In this document: positions 51,499 through 64,000 of the stretch, piece by piece
Layout of the letters: every line of letters begins with the position of its first letter
Position numbering within the stretch: the first letter of the stretch is position 1
NCBI RefSeq assembly: GCF_006345805.1
Contig: NC_043007.1
Coordinates: forward strand, 37,262,001-37,326,000
Reading direction: 5' to 3'
DNA: 64,000 bases
Origin: Octopus sinensis
Taxonomy: Eukaryota
Notes under the pieces: generated by a model
The model's database searches: none
Told to the model about the DNA's origin: nothing
What the model saw: the letters and a program-made list of their open reading frames with translations, nothing else
Translations under genes and position numbers: made by a program

Positions 51499-52761
51499 TA
51501 ACGTACATAAGAAACCAAATAAATTAATGGAATAAATTACAAGGAATAGATCTTATAATTATGTACATATATTTACTGCCACTCATCACTCTCTCTCCCT
51601 CTCACCCCAATCACCTGGTTCCTACCATTATGCTCTTGCGCCTTTTTCCCACCCATCCTGGTTTTTTCTTCAGTACATCACCCTTTCTTTTATACCCTTT
51701 CTTTAATCACATTGCCTTGAATGAATGTACACGTATCAGCATAGTTGGTAGTTTTTGTACTTATGGTGTACAAGGGGATATCTCTTGTATTGGTGCCATA
51801 ATAAAATGTGTCCAGTGCATTTTAGTATAGCATACCGTGGTTAGTGATGGAAAGGACATCCAGCAGTAGAAACCATACTAAAAGTGAGGCATATGATTGT
51901 CCATCCTGTCTTTAAGGACAGTGACTTGGAACATGAATATTTGTCTAATCATGCCAACATGGAAAGTGGACATAAAATGATATGCATTGTGCATGGTAGC
52001 TGTTGTTTAGACTAAGTGATCCCTGATCAAACAGAACTATGTTCAAGGTTATTCCAGCCACAACCACCTTGACATCAAGGACTCCTGTTTAAATACCCAA
52101 CAGTCCCTTGTTTTTCAGATGGTAGGGTGTAGTATGACCCAGTCACACTGGTTCTGCTTCAGGATTATGTGAAGGATTAATGCATTTGTGGAGTATTTGC
52201 CCTCTTTTCATGCTTAGTCAAGATGTAGGTTGTCTAGTTGATTGAACAACTGCATGTTCATATGTTGAAATTAATGGGAGAGTCCATATATGTATGTCTG
52301 TTTTGTGTATTTAAGTATGTATATATAGTATATATGTATATAATAATGTAAATACATTGTGTGTGTGTATATTATATATATGTATTCGTTCTTTCTTTCT
52401 TTTATTCTTTTACTTGTTTCAGTCATTTGACTGTGGCCATGCTGGAGCACATCCTTTAGTCAGTTAAATTGACCCCAGGACTTATTCTTTGTAAGCCTAG
52501 TACTTATTCTATTGGTCTCTTTTGCAGAACTGCTAAGTTACAGGGACGTAAACACACCAACATCGGTTGTCAAGCAATGGTGGGGGGACAAAGAGACATA
52601 AACATATATAGACACACACACGCGCACACACTTCTTACAGTTTCTGTCTACCAAATCCACTCACAAGGCTTTGGTCGGCACTTACCCAAGGTGCCACGCA
52701 GTGGGACTGAACCTGGAATGTGGATGGTAAGCAAGCTACTTACCACACAGCCACTCCTGCA

Positions 52762-52807
<46 letters not shown>

Positions 52808-53595
52808 GTGGCTGTGTGATAAAGATGCTTGCTTTCCAACCATATGGTTTTTGGGTTCAGTCTCACTATCGAAACTGAATGAAGTCCATTGCCTACATAC
52901 ATACATACATATGTATATGTGTTTGTGTGTACCCTTGTTTGGACATTATGCAATCGTTGTAAACAAGCATCGCTATCAGACAAGTGACATTGTTCACTTC
53001 CAATCTTCCATGGAAAACATGTCTAGTCATAGATGTAATATTGCCTTGATTGGAAGCAGGTGGGGTTGGCAGCTGGAAGTGCATCCACTGTAGAAAATCT
53101 GCTTCAACAAATTCCACCTACCCCAAGCAAAAATGTAGACATTGAAATGACAATGATTGATCTGTGAGCCTTTGCATTGATTGTTCCACTTGTTTGTTGA
53201 AAGATTGTCTAATTATTTCATTAGCGCATAAGTTGATGAGAAGTATTCAACATGTGCTCTTAATGTAATCATCAAAGAGACACAGCTTGGGTGTGTATGA
53301 GAAAGCGAGTCCTTAGATTTCATCGTCATATTTACATCGGTTTTTCCTTGTTTACATGTGTTGAACAAGCTATTTTGCACAGTGTTATAAAGCTACTAAA
53401 TGTAAAAGTATCTAGAGGTAAAACACTTAGGAAGATGGTGTACCTATTCTAAAAAGTGTTCTTACTCTAAAATCTGGAATACACATCTGAAAACTTTTTG
53501 CAGAAGAATTTTCATCTAGCCAATATCATTCAATGATCTTGCTTTATACATTCATCTATTTAATGCTGTGACATCAAGGCACTTGTGTGTGTGTG

Positions 53596-53640
<45 letters not shown>

Positions 53641-53810
53641 TGCAACAGGTTAGGCAAATGAAAGTGGGGGTGTACCCTACAAGATCATGGAAATTTCTCA
53701 CATGGAACTGAGTTAAACTGTTATTAAATTTTATATGTATATATTACATGTATACATATATACACACACTCACACACATTATATATATACATATACACAC
53801 ACTCACACAC

Positions 53811-53847
<37 letters not shown>

Positions 53848-54864
53848 ATTTTATATTTCCTGTTTTCTGAACAGGAAATATAAGGCAGAGTAAAAAATTT
53901 TAGCTCAATGGAGGAAAATACTATAGGGAAGCTATCTTACCATCAATAGTTTATCTGTTTTCTTAAAAGATACAACAGCTTTTAACTAAAAAGACTTGCA
54001 GATCCATCTCATGGTCATAGCAGACAAAATGGAAAAGGCGTTGCCCTGAGGGATGGCAAGAGAGATGCACTTGAACAGACACCTCAATTCAAAGGGCTTG
54101 CACTTGCAGATAGCCATCTGTTTCATTAGCATTGAGCAGGGATGTTGTCTGAGGTCCAAGATCACTGGAGGTCTCCACTGCTTGGCAACAAATCTATCAT
54201 AGAGTGACCGAGTGTGACAGGAAGATGGAAAGAAATACTTTGCTGGGTAAGCATGGCTGAAAGGAAGGATATATTTTACTGAGAAAAAGGAATTCCATTC
54301 ATAGGCAAAAAAGGGACTAAATGCTGTTACTGAGAGAGAATATATATGGTTTGAAAGAGAAAGGACATGTTTTGATAGCTACTTAGCAAGTGATGCAGTG
54401 TATCTATCATGTGATGAGAATAAAAAGAGCAGCAGCTGACTTGTCATGTGATCAACAGAAAAGAAAACACTGTATTTTGTTTGATTCAGTTATAATTTTA
54501 TGACATCTCACACACAGTTGTAATTTCATAATAGTTATTAAACATTTAAGAAAAATATTGGAAATTGTGTGTGTGGGGAAAACATTTTTACTTGAGAATT
54601 ATTTGTATAGGAAGACTGTGTAAATTTCATGTGTGCGTGTTTACTCAAAGGCATGTATGTGAATATTTCAGCAAATGTTTGCCTCTTTATTAAACCCATA
54701 AGGAACTAGGATAGGGAGATGGAGCAGTCACTTCAATAACAATTTTCATTATTTGAATTCCTTTCCTATTCGGTTATGAAAGTTAGTGGGGTGGAGTTGA
54801 GGAATAAATTTCTTGATCATTTCAATATATTCTTTTTTCTCACACGCTCTCTTGCTAGCTTGCT

Positions 54865-54995
54865 TGCCCTCTTGGGCCCACCCACTTCACCTCTTGCACC
54901 CACCTGCTTTGCCTCTCATGCCCTCCTGCCCTCTTGGGCCCACCAACTTCACCTCTTTCACCCACCTGCTTTGCCTCTCATGCCCTCCTGCCCTC
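54865..54995. repeat. 62-bp tandem duplication, pyrimidine-rich
   Basis: TGCCCTCTTGGGCCCACC… starts at 54865 and 54927, with a partial third copy at 54989. Confidence 0.9.
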
Positions 54996-55535
54996 CATCT
55001 CATGTTGTTCACCTGCTTGTCCTCAATCTTGCATATGCCCACCACATCTCCTTGCACATACATTTGTACATATATTTTTACACTCAATTCAGTTGTGCTC
55101 ACACTTTGACTCACTTATATACAACACTTCTCTTTTTCAATTGCACATCTCTCTATCACATTTTTCTATCTCTCTCCCACTTGCTTGCTTCCTTGCAGTC
55201 TCTCTAAAGTTTTCTACCTACACACACCATTTTCTCTCTGTTTTATCATTTAGTAAAATTAAAAAATTATCCATGAATTTTGTTAGGATAAGCATATTTT
55301 TCAATCATGTGTCTTTGTACTTACAGAGGAATCCTTGCATTTTACTAGGGTTGCTGTCCAAAAATTTAATGAATAAGGAAATTTTTAAGCCTGTTTCAAA
55401 ATGTGCATTCTCTTTAAAGTGTGTTGGTCAGTTTTGGGAAGCAAGGAACTATTGAAATGAAAAATCTTGTTTGTGTGCTTTTGCTGTTTTTGTTTTTCCC
55501 TCCTTCCATTTTTTTCCCTTCTCCTGTTAATTCAG

Positions 55536-55660
55536 GCAAAATTTTAAAGTTTGCAACAGAAAATTCTGCGAAAAGCGTTCTCTAGATTTTCTTCCTTCCT
55601 TAACAGAGTTCCTATCGTGTTGGATTGTCCAGTACGTCTAGTTGGTTATCGCAGTGAAAG
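55536..55660 (+). other. Putative internal exon with two alternative acceptors (55536, 125 nt; 55607, 54 nt)
   Basis: Long pyrimidine tract ending TTAATTCAG|; second acceptor TTCCTTCCTTAACAG|; donor AAG|GTATGG. CpGs are retained here within an otherwise CpG-poor region. Confidence 0.5.
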
Positions 55661-58600
55661 GTATGGATAAGTAGTTACATCTGACGCATGAGAATTTCCG
55701 TGATCATTTTTATTACTACTATTGCTATTATTATTATTATTATTCTCATTATTATTATTTCTCTTTTTTTTCTTCCTTTTACCAGGGTGTCTTTTTAAGT
55801 CTCTTCATTTGTTCCATTTCAGTCATTGTCATATTTTCAGTTCTGTCTCCAAGCTCTTTGATTCTTTTAATCATATAATTATTTACTTTTCCATTTCTTT
55901 TCATCATATTTGAATTCCATGCACATATATATATATATATATGTATACATATATGCATTTGCATACACATGTACATATTTATACATATATCTTTTGGTCA
56001 GCAGTGTTTCAGTCTGTCAGGCTGCATATCTTTTTCTCTCTTTGTTTCTTTATTTCATTTTGCATGCTATACATATATAATTATTATAATGCACTTTTTG
56101 TTTCTTTTTCTGTTTTGTGGTGGAAGCATGTTGACTGTAGACAAGAGAACGGAAGCTAGAGTTTCAATCCAGAAATCCAATTTGATGAAAGCAATTCGAT
56201 TTTAGCCTGAATTGGTTTACCATTTTACTTGCTGCAGGACCTCCTGATATATTTAAGCATTGCCTCTCTTTTGAAAATAAATTAAATAAATTAATTAAAT
56301 TTTAATAAAAAAGATAAAATATTAATTAAAAGAAACTTATTACATTCTTGTTCTGTCCAGTAAATATAATTGCCAAATTTCCCTCACATTCTACAACCCC
56401 TTTGTTACTAATATCACGAGGCATTTTATCCAACACTCACCTATATATAACTATCAGTAAAATTCACTGTTATTCATTACTATTTGAAGAAGTGTAAACA
56501 CAACACAATACAATACATTTCATATTCCTTCATTCCATTTTGTATTTCTTTCATATAGATATCGTCATAGCTATAAATATAATTTTTCATTGAGTACTCT
56601 GAAAAATACCTTACTGAGTAGAATGTCTTCTGCTAAAGAGGTCTGATAAAACTGAAACATGTCCATTGCTTTCACCAGCTGGCTTTTATGATCAGAACTA
56701 TTCTGTCTGCATTACCCTTTTCTAATAATTTCAGTTTTCTAATAATTTTCCAATATATTTTCATAATTTCAAACTCAAGGGAGAGAGAGGAAGCTGGAGC
56801 ACTCTCCCTTGATTTTTAGATATTTAAACACCTATAGAGGGAACTTTTGTTTATTGATCGTATAGATAATCTCAGTTAATCGAGGTTTTTTAAGGGTTTT
56901 TTTTCTTCTCAACTCCCCATCACATTTGAGAGACCCTGTCACATGTATATTTAGTATGTAAAACACTCTTCTGAGATTCTTTCTCCTTTTACACGCACAC
57001 AGAACAAGTAATTGTTTATTTGGTCATAATCAAGATAAACTGATTGCCAGTTATGTTTCAAAAATATTCATGATAATATCATTTGGTATCTTAATAAATA
57101 TTGAACTTTGAAAGTTTTCTAAAGAAACACAGCACAAAGGGATTGGAAGTAAACTCTAGATTGTGTACTCTAGTTTCGTTCTGTTTTGTTTTTCAATGTT
57201 ACATTCTTCTGTAGAGATTTCAAATTTTGCATGCTTTTCATACTAACTTTTGCCATTTGTACATAACTGTCTGGAAGCAAGTGACAAACAAAGCAGAGGA
57301 AGTATTTAAAGATAAAAAAAAAGTAAATTACATTAATTATAAAAAGTAATAATGCATCTTACATTGTTTGTCTCACAATCTCTGATACAGTTGTCTTTCT
57401 CCTTCTCTTTCTTTTCCTTTGCCTCTTCACTCTGTTTCTGTCTTTACTTCTCTCTTTGCCTTGTTGCTTTCCTCCTTCGCTCTCTTTGCTTCTGTCTCTT
57501 TTCCCCCTTTCTCTCTCTGTGTTTATCCCTTTCCTCCTCCTCTCTTCTTCCCCTCTTTTATCCTCCTGGCTATCTCAAAATACTTTACTTTTCTTCCTAT
57601 AGCAAACCTCATAGCAAATATTTCTTTAAAAAAATGTAAGAAACACTCAAACTGGTTATGAACTTCAGTTCTTAAAATATTCAATAAGCTAAGAGACTTG
57701 CCTCTTCTTGGATTGCATACTAGGACAACATTTTAAGGTAAACTACTGCAAATTATTGCTGATTGGTGGTGGATAGATGAACTGTGACACACAAAATTGA
57801 ATATCTTGCCCAGGACACAATTAAATACAGATATATCTGAACCGGAGTTCCTTAAAGTAAGAAGTTCAGTATCTATGCAAGACGGTTTAAATGTTTCACC
57901 ATTAACAAAATATTTCAGGGATTGAAATCAATTCTTGATCCATTGTCACTCTACAAGTGCCAGTCATTTCTACCATCACCATTTACTATCATAGTTATTC
58001 TTGCACAGACTTTTGTTGTCTACTCATTATATTATTACTAAATTCTTTCTGCATGTAATTTTGTTTCTCTTTATCTCTGTTACTAGAAAATTGTTACCAT
58101 TACTATTCATTACCAATTATTGTCTGTGGCAAGATGATTCCATTACACATAGTGAAAGAAGTGTCAGTACCTTATAGTCAAAGATATGGACAGTATTTAC
58201 AAGATGTCAATTAGGCCAATGCATTTTGATGAGCTGAAAAGGAAGCTCAGTCTGTTCAGTATAACTTGTGTTGTTTTTGTAGAGCCCATGGGTCACATCC
58301 GGTTACCATCTAGTTTTTTTTTTTTTTTTTTTGGTTTATATAGGACATTACCTAATGTAGTACCCATTTTTTTTAATGTAGTAAGGTGTGGTTTCAATGA
58401 TGTTTAGCTAAATTCAAGCTGGTTGATAAATAATTAGAAACTTTCTCATTGGCTCATTTTTTAAAAACATAACTTTAGGATAACAGCAAAATTCAAGACT
58501 GTTTCAGTGTGTTAATTTTAATGTACAGAACTTGTGATGGTTTTAGTTATTTAGAGGTACACTGAGCCATTACAAATGTCTTGACCAACACTGTACACCA

Positions 58601-61600
58601 GACAATGATGAACAAGTATGTGGAACATAAAAGGTTTTTTGTAAAATTATTACAGCAGGTTTAAATTTGAGGTGGTCTCAAACAGGTTGGTCTGTAAAAA
58701 GCCAGTGAGAAACTTCTGGAGAACTTAGATTCACATTGTTGTTTGATTCATACTTATATCTAGTTTATCTCATGTCACTACTGCACTTGAGAAATGCATG
58801 AATAGCACTTTCTCTTTCCATACAAATCTTATGCCTATGATTGATATTTATGAACAGTGAGTTCTATATGCAACCTTTAGGTTCTTTAGGGTATGGCTGA
58901 AGACTTTGTCCTTGAGTAATGTATTTAGCGTAATTACTGTGTAACATGATTTTTGTCCTTCGGTAGCAATGTTATTTCCTATTTACTTACACTTAGAAAG
59001 TAAAAAAAAATTGCAAATATTTCCTTCAAACTTTGCTTTTCTTATATTTATTCAAACCTCAAAGAATCCCTCTCAACACATGGCTGTGATGCTCACCCAC
59101 TATTCCTGCTTGCAATCAGAGATGCACATATTATCAGCCACTAAGGGTGATGCTCAAGTGGTTACAGTCAAGTGACTGGCATGCAGATCTATGGTATTCA
59201 GTAGAATATTTGCTATAAACAATATTTCTGCTTCAGCAACTCAATGCTGAATCTGTCTGAAATGTAATGGAAAATAGGTGAGTTTCAAAACATTGATGTT
59301 CAGGTCATAAAAGCAAAGCTTGAAGGAAATAGTAGTCATTTCCTTTGATTTCTAGATAGAAGCAAATAGGAAATAACACTTGCTGACCAAAGAAAAAAAC
59401 TAAAAATTAAAATTTTGTTGTTACACACTGTGTAGTGCAGATTCTTCCTACAGCACAAAAACTCTTAGATAAACTTCTCTCATCTCAAGAAACTGCCATG
59501 ATCCAACGGCTGGTCCATCTGCTAGTGAACAGACATCTTGGGTAGTCTTTGTTCTCACTTATAATAATAGGCAGGGTAAAGTGGAACTTGGCATTACATA
59601 ACTTCTGTGGTATTATTTTCAGTGGGAGTGGGTGGCTGGGCTACTGTGGTGGTGGTGGGGATGCATACTGTGATTTCTTTAGCTGTGATTCCACAGTTTG
59701 TCTTGACCATCATTGACTACAAAACAATGCACAAGGAATAAAAGTAACCGTTAGTACAAATGCATATGGTAGAAAATCATGAACTAAACTAATGTCCTAT
59801 GGTTCATATCTTATTACCTGTATCACATTTTGTCCACAGTAATACCTAAAACTCTGAGTTCAGTTTCAGTTAATCATAAAATGTAGGTGCAACATGAATG
59901 TACCTCTACTTTGGTAGGTTTGAGAGTTTAAGTCCTGTGTAATCGGGTCACTGTAGCTCTTTTGTATTCCTTTTGTTGTATTTCTAATGAGATGCATTGT
60001 CTGTCTATTTGCAATTAACCTTTTTGTTACCCTGTATGTGTTGTCATCTATAGCCTTTGTTTCAGTTTATTTGAAGGTAATGAAGAATTTAATAACATAA
60101 ATTGGTGTTCGGAAGATAAATTGTGAAATGTTGATGGAAGGTTTTTAATTTAGATAACTGTAAAATGGAATTTGCATCATAGAAACTGGAGTGGTTTCAG
60201 ATGGATTAGTAAAGGAAGGGTTAAGTTTGAGCATATTAAAAAATTTGATAGGTAGGATTTATGAGAACTTTTTTCTATGATTACTTCTTATAGTAATCAT
60301 AGAAAATTATATAATTATTTATAATTATTTCTAAAATAAGTTGAGGGCCACAAATTTTGGTGGGAGACAAGAAAATTGATCCCAATGCTTAAGACACTAT
60401 CGAATGTGTAGGGATCTAAGACAAAACTGAACTCACCAGGATTCAAATTGAGAATGTAAACGATACATAACTTCAGGTACAGCCATGTGATTTAAGAAGT
60501 TGGGATCTAGGTTCAATTCAACTGCACGGTTCTTTGGACATTTTCTACTTCAGTGTCAGGTTGACCACTACCATGTGAGAAGCTGGTAGATGAAAACTGC
60601 AGGGGCCCAACGCACACCCACACATGTCTTTTTTGTTTACCAGTATTGTGTGAAAAGCATGAATTAGAGACTTGATAAATACAGATTAACTTGATGCTCC
60701 AGCATGGTCACTGTTCAGTGACAAAAATGCAGCAAGGAATATAATCCAACATTCTGTCTTTCAACATAATGAGTCACAACGTGGATGCTTGATCTTTTAG
60801 AAATGGCAGCCAAATTATATTCTCTAGCCTTTAAAAAGAACACATTGGATAATGTTTACCTGGAAATACTATTGGGTAGATTAGCTATGGTTGGACTATC
60901 TTTGATCATAGGTCTGTTCAGTCAGAGCTGGCTTAGGTTTGAAACATCAAAACTATTTCTAATTATTCTTCATCATCCTTTTGTGTCTACTTTCCATGCT
61001 GAAGCATGAGTTAGATGGTTCAACAGGTCAGTGGACTACACTGTACTCACTATCTCAGTTCTGACATGGTTTCTATAGTTGAGTGTCCTTCCTAATACTT
61101 AGAACTATTCAAATAGTACTGGGTGCCTTTTTCATAGCAACAGCACTAATGAGGTCACCTAATTAGAAAATGATAATTGGCCAAAAGCATTGAGCTTCCG
61201 CTATAGATAGTTCAGTGACACTCTCAGTATATTACTGGTACTTAGTTGAGTTTGGAAAGATGGAAGGCAGTGTCGACCCTATCAGATTTTATACCCAGAT
61301 GTAAAAAATTAGAAGAAAATGCCCCAGAACATTTTTAGTCAATGTTCTGTCAATTTACCATTCTTTATTATAAAATTCATTTTGACCAAGACTAAGTTTC
61401 ATCAGACAGCTTATTCAACTTGGTTGATTTCAAAATTTGCTGTATAATATTTATATAGGTTAATTTTAATTTTGTACATTGGTACATTAGACCACAGATT
61501 TGTGAAAGAGAAAGAATAATCATTCAGTAGATACCATATCGTGGCAGTTATTGGTTTTCACAGTCCCACTCCTTCCCATACAATCTCTGAAAAACAAAAG

Positions 61601-62814
61601 GAAAGTTAACATTGCTAGGTTCTGAACCAGGAGAAAAGATATGAAACAATGCGCTGTTAGGAATTTAGTCTAAACTCATTTCTATGCATGTACTGCTTGC
61701 CCTTCATATTAACATCATAATACAGCATGTCTTACTATTCATTGGCACCACTGGCGCTAGCAGTTTATAATTCCTTTCACCAACTGCATTCAATTTACAT
61801 GTTGATTTTTGTTTATTTTGAGTTTCGTTTTTAATGTTGATCTGTTTTAATGACGCTCTAGTCTTTTACAGTTAATACAAGTATGATGTGCTGTTCATAC
61901 TCCTCACTAGCACTTTTATAAATGATTGTCCATGTTGTCACTTGAATCGATTATGGAGTATCTCTGTGGTTTTTTGATTGCTAGAAACAACAGCCAAATC
62001 TTCAATTCACACTCGGCTTGAAAAATGCTACATTTTTTTAATAAAAAAAAAAATGAATGTTCATAGCTATGTTTTTGATCAGAATCCTACTGGATCAGGA
62101 CTACCCTGGGGCTAACCAACAACAAAAAGAAAGGCTTTAGGAAAGTAATTTCATCAACAATTTCTCCTGGTGTGATAAAAGTAGTTTAGTATGAAGCCAA
62201 ACTGTCAACCCAACTTGCCAAAAATCCATCTAGCTACCTATTTAGTAAGCCTTCTACTATTTGTAACCATTCAATTTATATTATAAAGACAGGCTTTTCT
62301 CTTTAGGGCTAGAAAACGCATTATTCCCTGACAGCTACTAGCACTCTAAGAATCTTTACTAGACTGCATCCAAAGAAAGGCTACTTAACTGATTGGCATA
62401 GTGTCTTACACTTCTGGCTCAAGAAAAGTGCTGCCTCTTCTGCTTGGAGCTGGCTGATTTTTGTATGACTACCACTCGGGTACTCTAAACTGGGTTATCT
62501 TTCTTCCTTGTGTGTCCATTCCTCAGGGCCTGGCACTAACAGCTATGGCCAATCCTTCCTCTCTTGTGGATATCACCCATCTGGAACTCCCATCCTGGAC
62601 ACTTGTTTCTCTTTCAGTTGTTAACTTACAATTATTTAAGAGGGATGTTAAATTAGGTTGAAGTCATCAGGCCCATAGAGCCTTTGAAAGTCATAGGCAC
62701 TACATCCTTCCTAATCCATTCCAGCATGGAAAACAGCTGATGATAGATACATGTATGTATGTGTGTGTGTGTGTGTGTGTGTATATTATATATATATATA
62801 TATATATCACAAAT

Positions 62815-63195
62815 GGAGGTGCAATGGCCCAGTGGTTAGGGCAGCGGACTCGCAGTCGTAGGATCGCGGTTTCGATTCCCAGACCGGGCGTTGTGAGTGT
62901 TTATTGAGCGAAAACACCTAAAGCTCCACGAGGCTCCGGCAGGGATGGTGGTGATCCCTGCTGTACTCTTTCACCACAACTTTCTCTCATTCTTACTTCC
63001 TGTTTCTGTTGTACCTGTATTTCAAAGGGCCGGCCTTGTCACTCTCTGTGTCACGCTGAATATCCCCGAGAACTACGTTAAGGGTACACGTGTCTGTGGA
63101 GTGCTCAGCCACGTACACGTTAATTTCACAAGCAGGCTGTTCCGTTGATCGGATCAACCAGAACCCTCGTCGTCGTAACCGACGGAGTGCTTCCC
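62815..63195 (+). mobile_element. tRNA-derived SINE family B, long and CpG-rich (probably young)
   Basis: A box TGGCCCAGTGG and B box GGTTTCGATTCC. CpGs are intact. TATATCAC occurs near both flanks as a possible TSD. Confidence 0.85.
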
Positions 63196-64000
63196 CTCCT
63201 CTATATCACTAACTTGGTTGTGGTAATGATGATGATAATTTGGTTAACTCTTCATTGTAAACCACCTGAAACTACATCCGATTCTGTGACATAAAAATTG
63301 CATGTTTAGTATTCATATTTTGATTAAAACCCTCCATCATAGCTTCTTCTAAGAAACTTTCTATGTTCCTAACATAATGTCCTTTGTTTTTGTTTATTAT
63401 TATTATTGTTGTTGTTGTTGTTTAAAGACTTCTCAGTGTAATTTGTGGGTGATTTGGCTGCTTTTCTTCTAACAGCTCGCAGTAAAGCTATTGTGGCTGC
63501 TGTTAAAGTTGAAGATTAAGAACTGTCCTTAATCTTATTTGACTGTGTTCTAAAACATAAAAGATCTTTTATTACTAAACATCCCTTGTCAATAATGATA
63601 ATAATAAATAATAATAGTACTAATAATGAGCTTAACGTTAACTCTCCACACACACACACATACACACACTCTGCTGCACATTGACACTGAAGCTGTGTGT
63701 GTGTGTGTGTGTGTGTGCGTGGTTTATTGTATTCATAGCCTCAGTCGTAATAATAATAATACTTTTATTTTTATCCATGTAGTTACTTAAGCAGCTTGGC
63801 TTTTGTAATTTTTTTGACAATATTTTAGTAATCCTCTATCCCTTGTAGTTTCAGGGCATTTTGTGTATGTTTGTGAACATGTGTGTCTGTCTGTACCAGA
63901 GAGAGAGAGTGAGAGAGAGAAAACAGTCAGAGGTAAACTTAAGCAGACTCTTGTAGTCACCAAAAGTCTGTTGCCTGTCGATGGGTTAGGATGTTGTTGG

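Overview
AT-rich, microsatellite-dense eukaryotic DNA. The dispersed SINE/MITE families look like those of an octopus (coleoid cephalopod) genome; this assignment is pattern recognition, not a database result. There is no prokaryotic-type system and no CRISPR, rRNA or true tRNA gene, and almost all listed ORFs are artefacts of microsatellites or repeats. Supported content: (1) one credible single-exon 99-aa ORF on the minus strand (3043-3342); (2) a CpG-rich promoter-like segment at about 8.2-8.35 kb, followed by a putative + strand gene with very large introns and small candidate exons (ending 8559; 30827-30904; 55536 or 55607-55660); (3) transposon relics: two GG-ended MITEs with 8-bp TSDs, a hAT MITE, a Helitron, a decayed hAT/Buster transposase, a TIR-bounded decayed Tc1 element, piggyBac-like MITEs, a Helentron/DINE-like fragment, a Penelope-type hammerhead motif, three tRNA-derived SINE families and RTE-tailed repeats. 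The most unusual signal is a long series of apparently non-repeat stem-loops and long-range fold-backs in the putative introns. Their non-Watson-Crick positions are overwhelmingly G-U wobble on the + strand (16 G-U versus 1 A-C in four stems counted by hand), which suggests selection on RNA structure: possible ADAR substrates, small-RNA precursors or splicing scaffolds. All pairings were found by eye and need computational confirmation.
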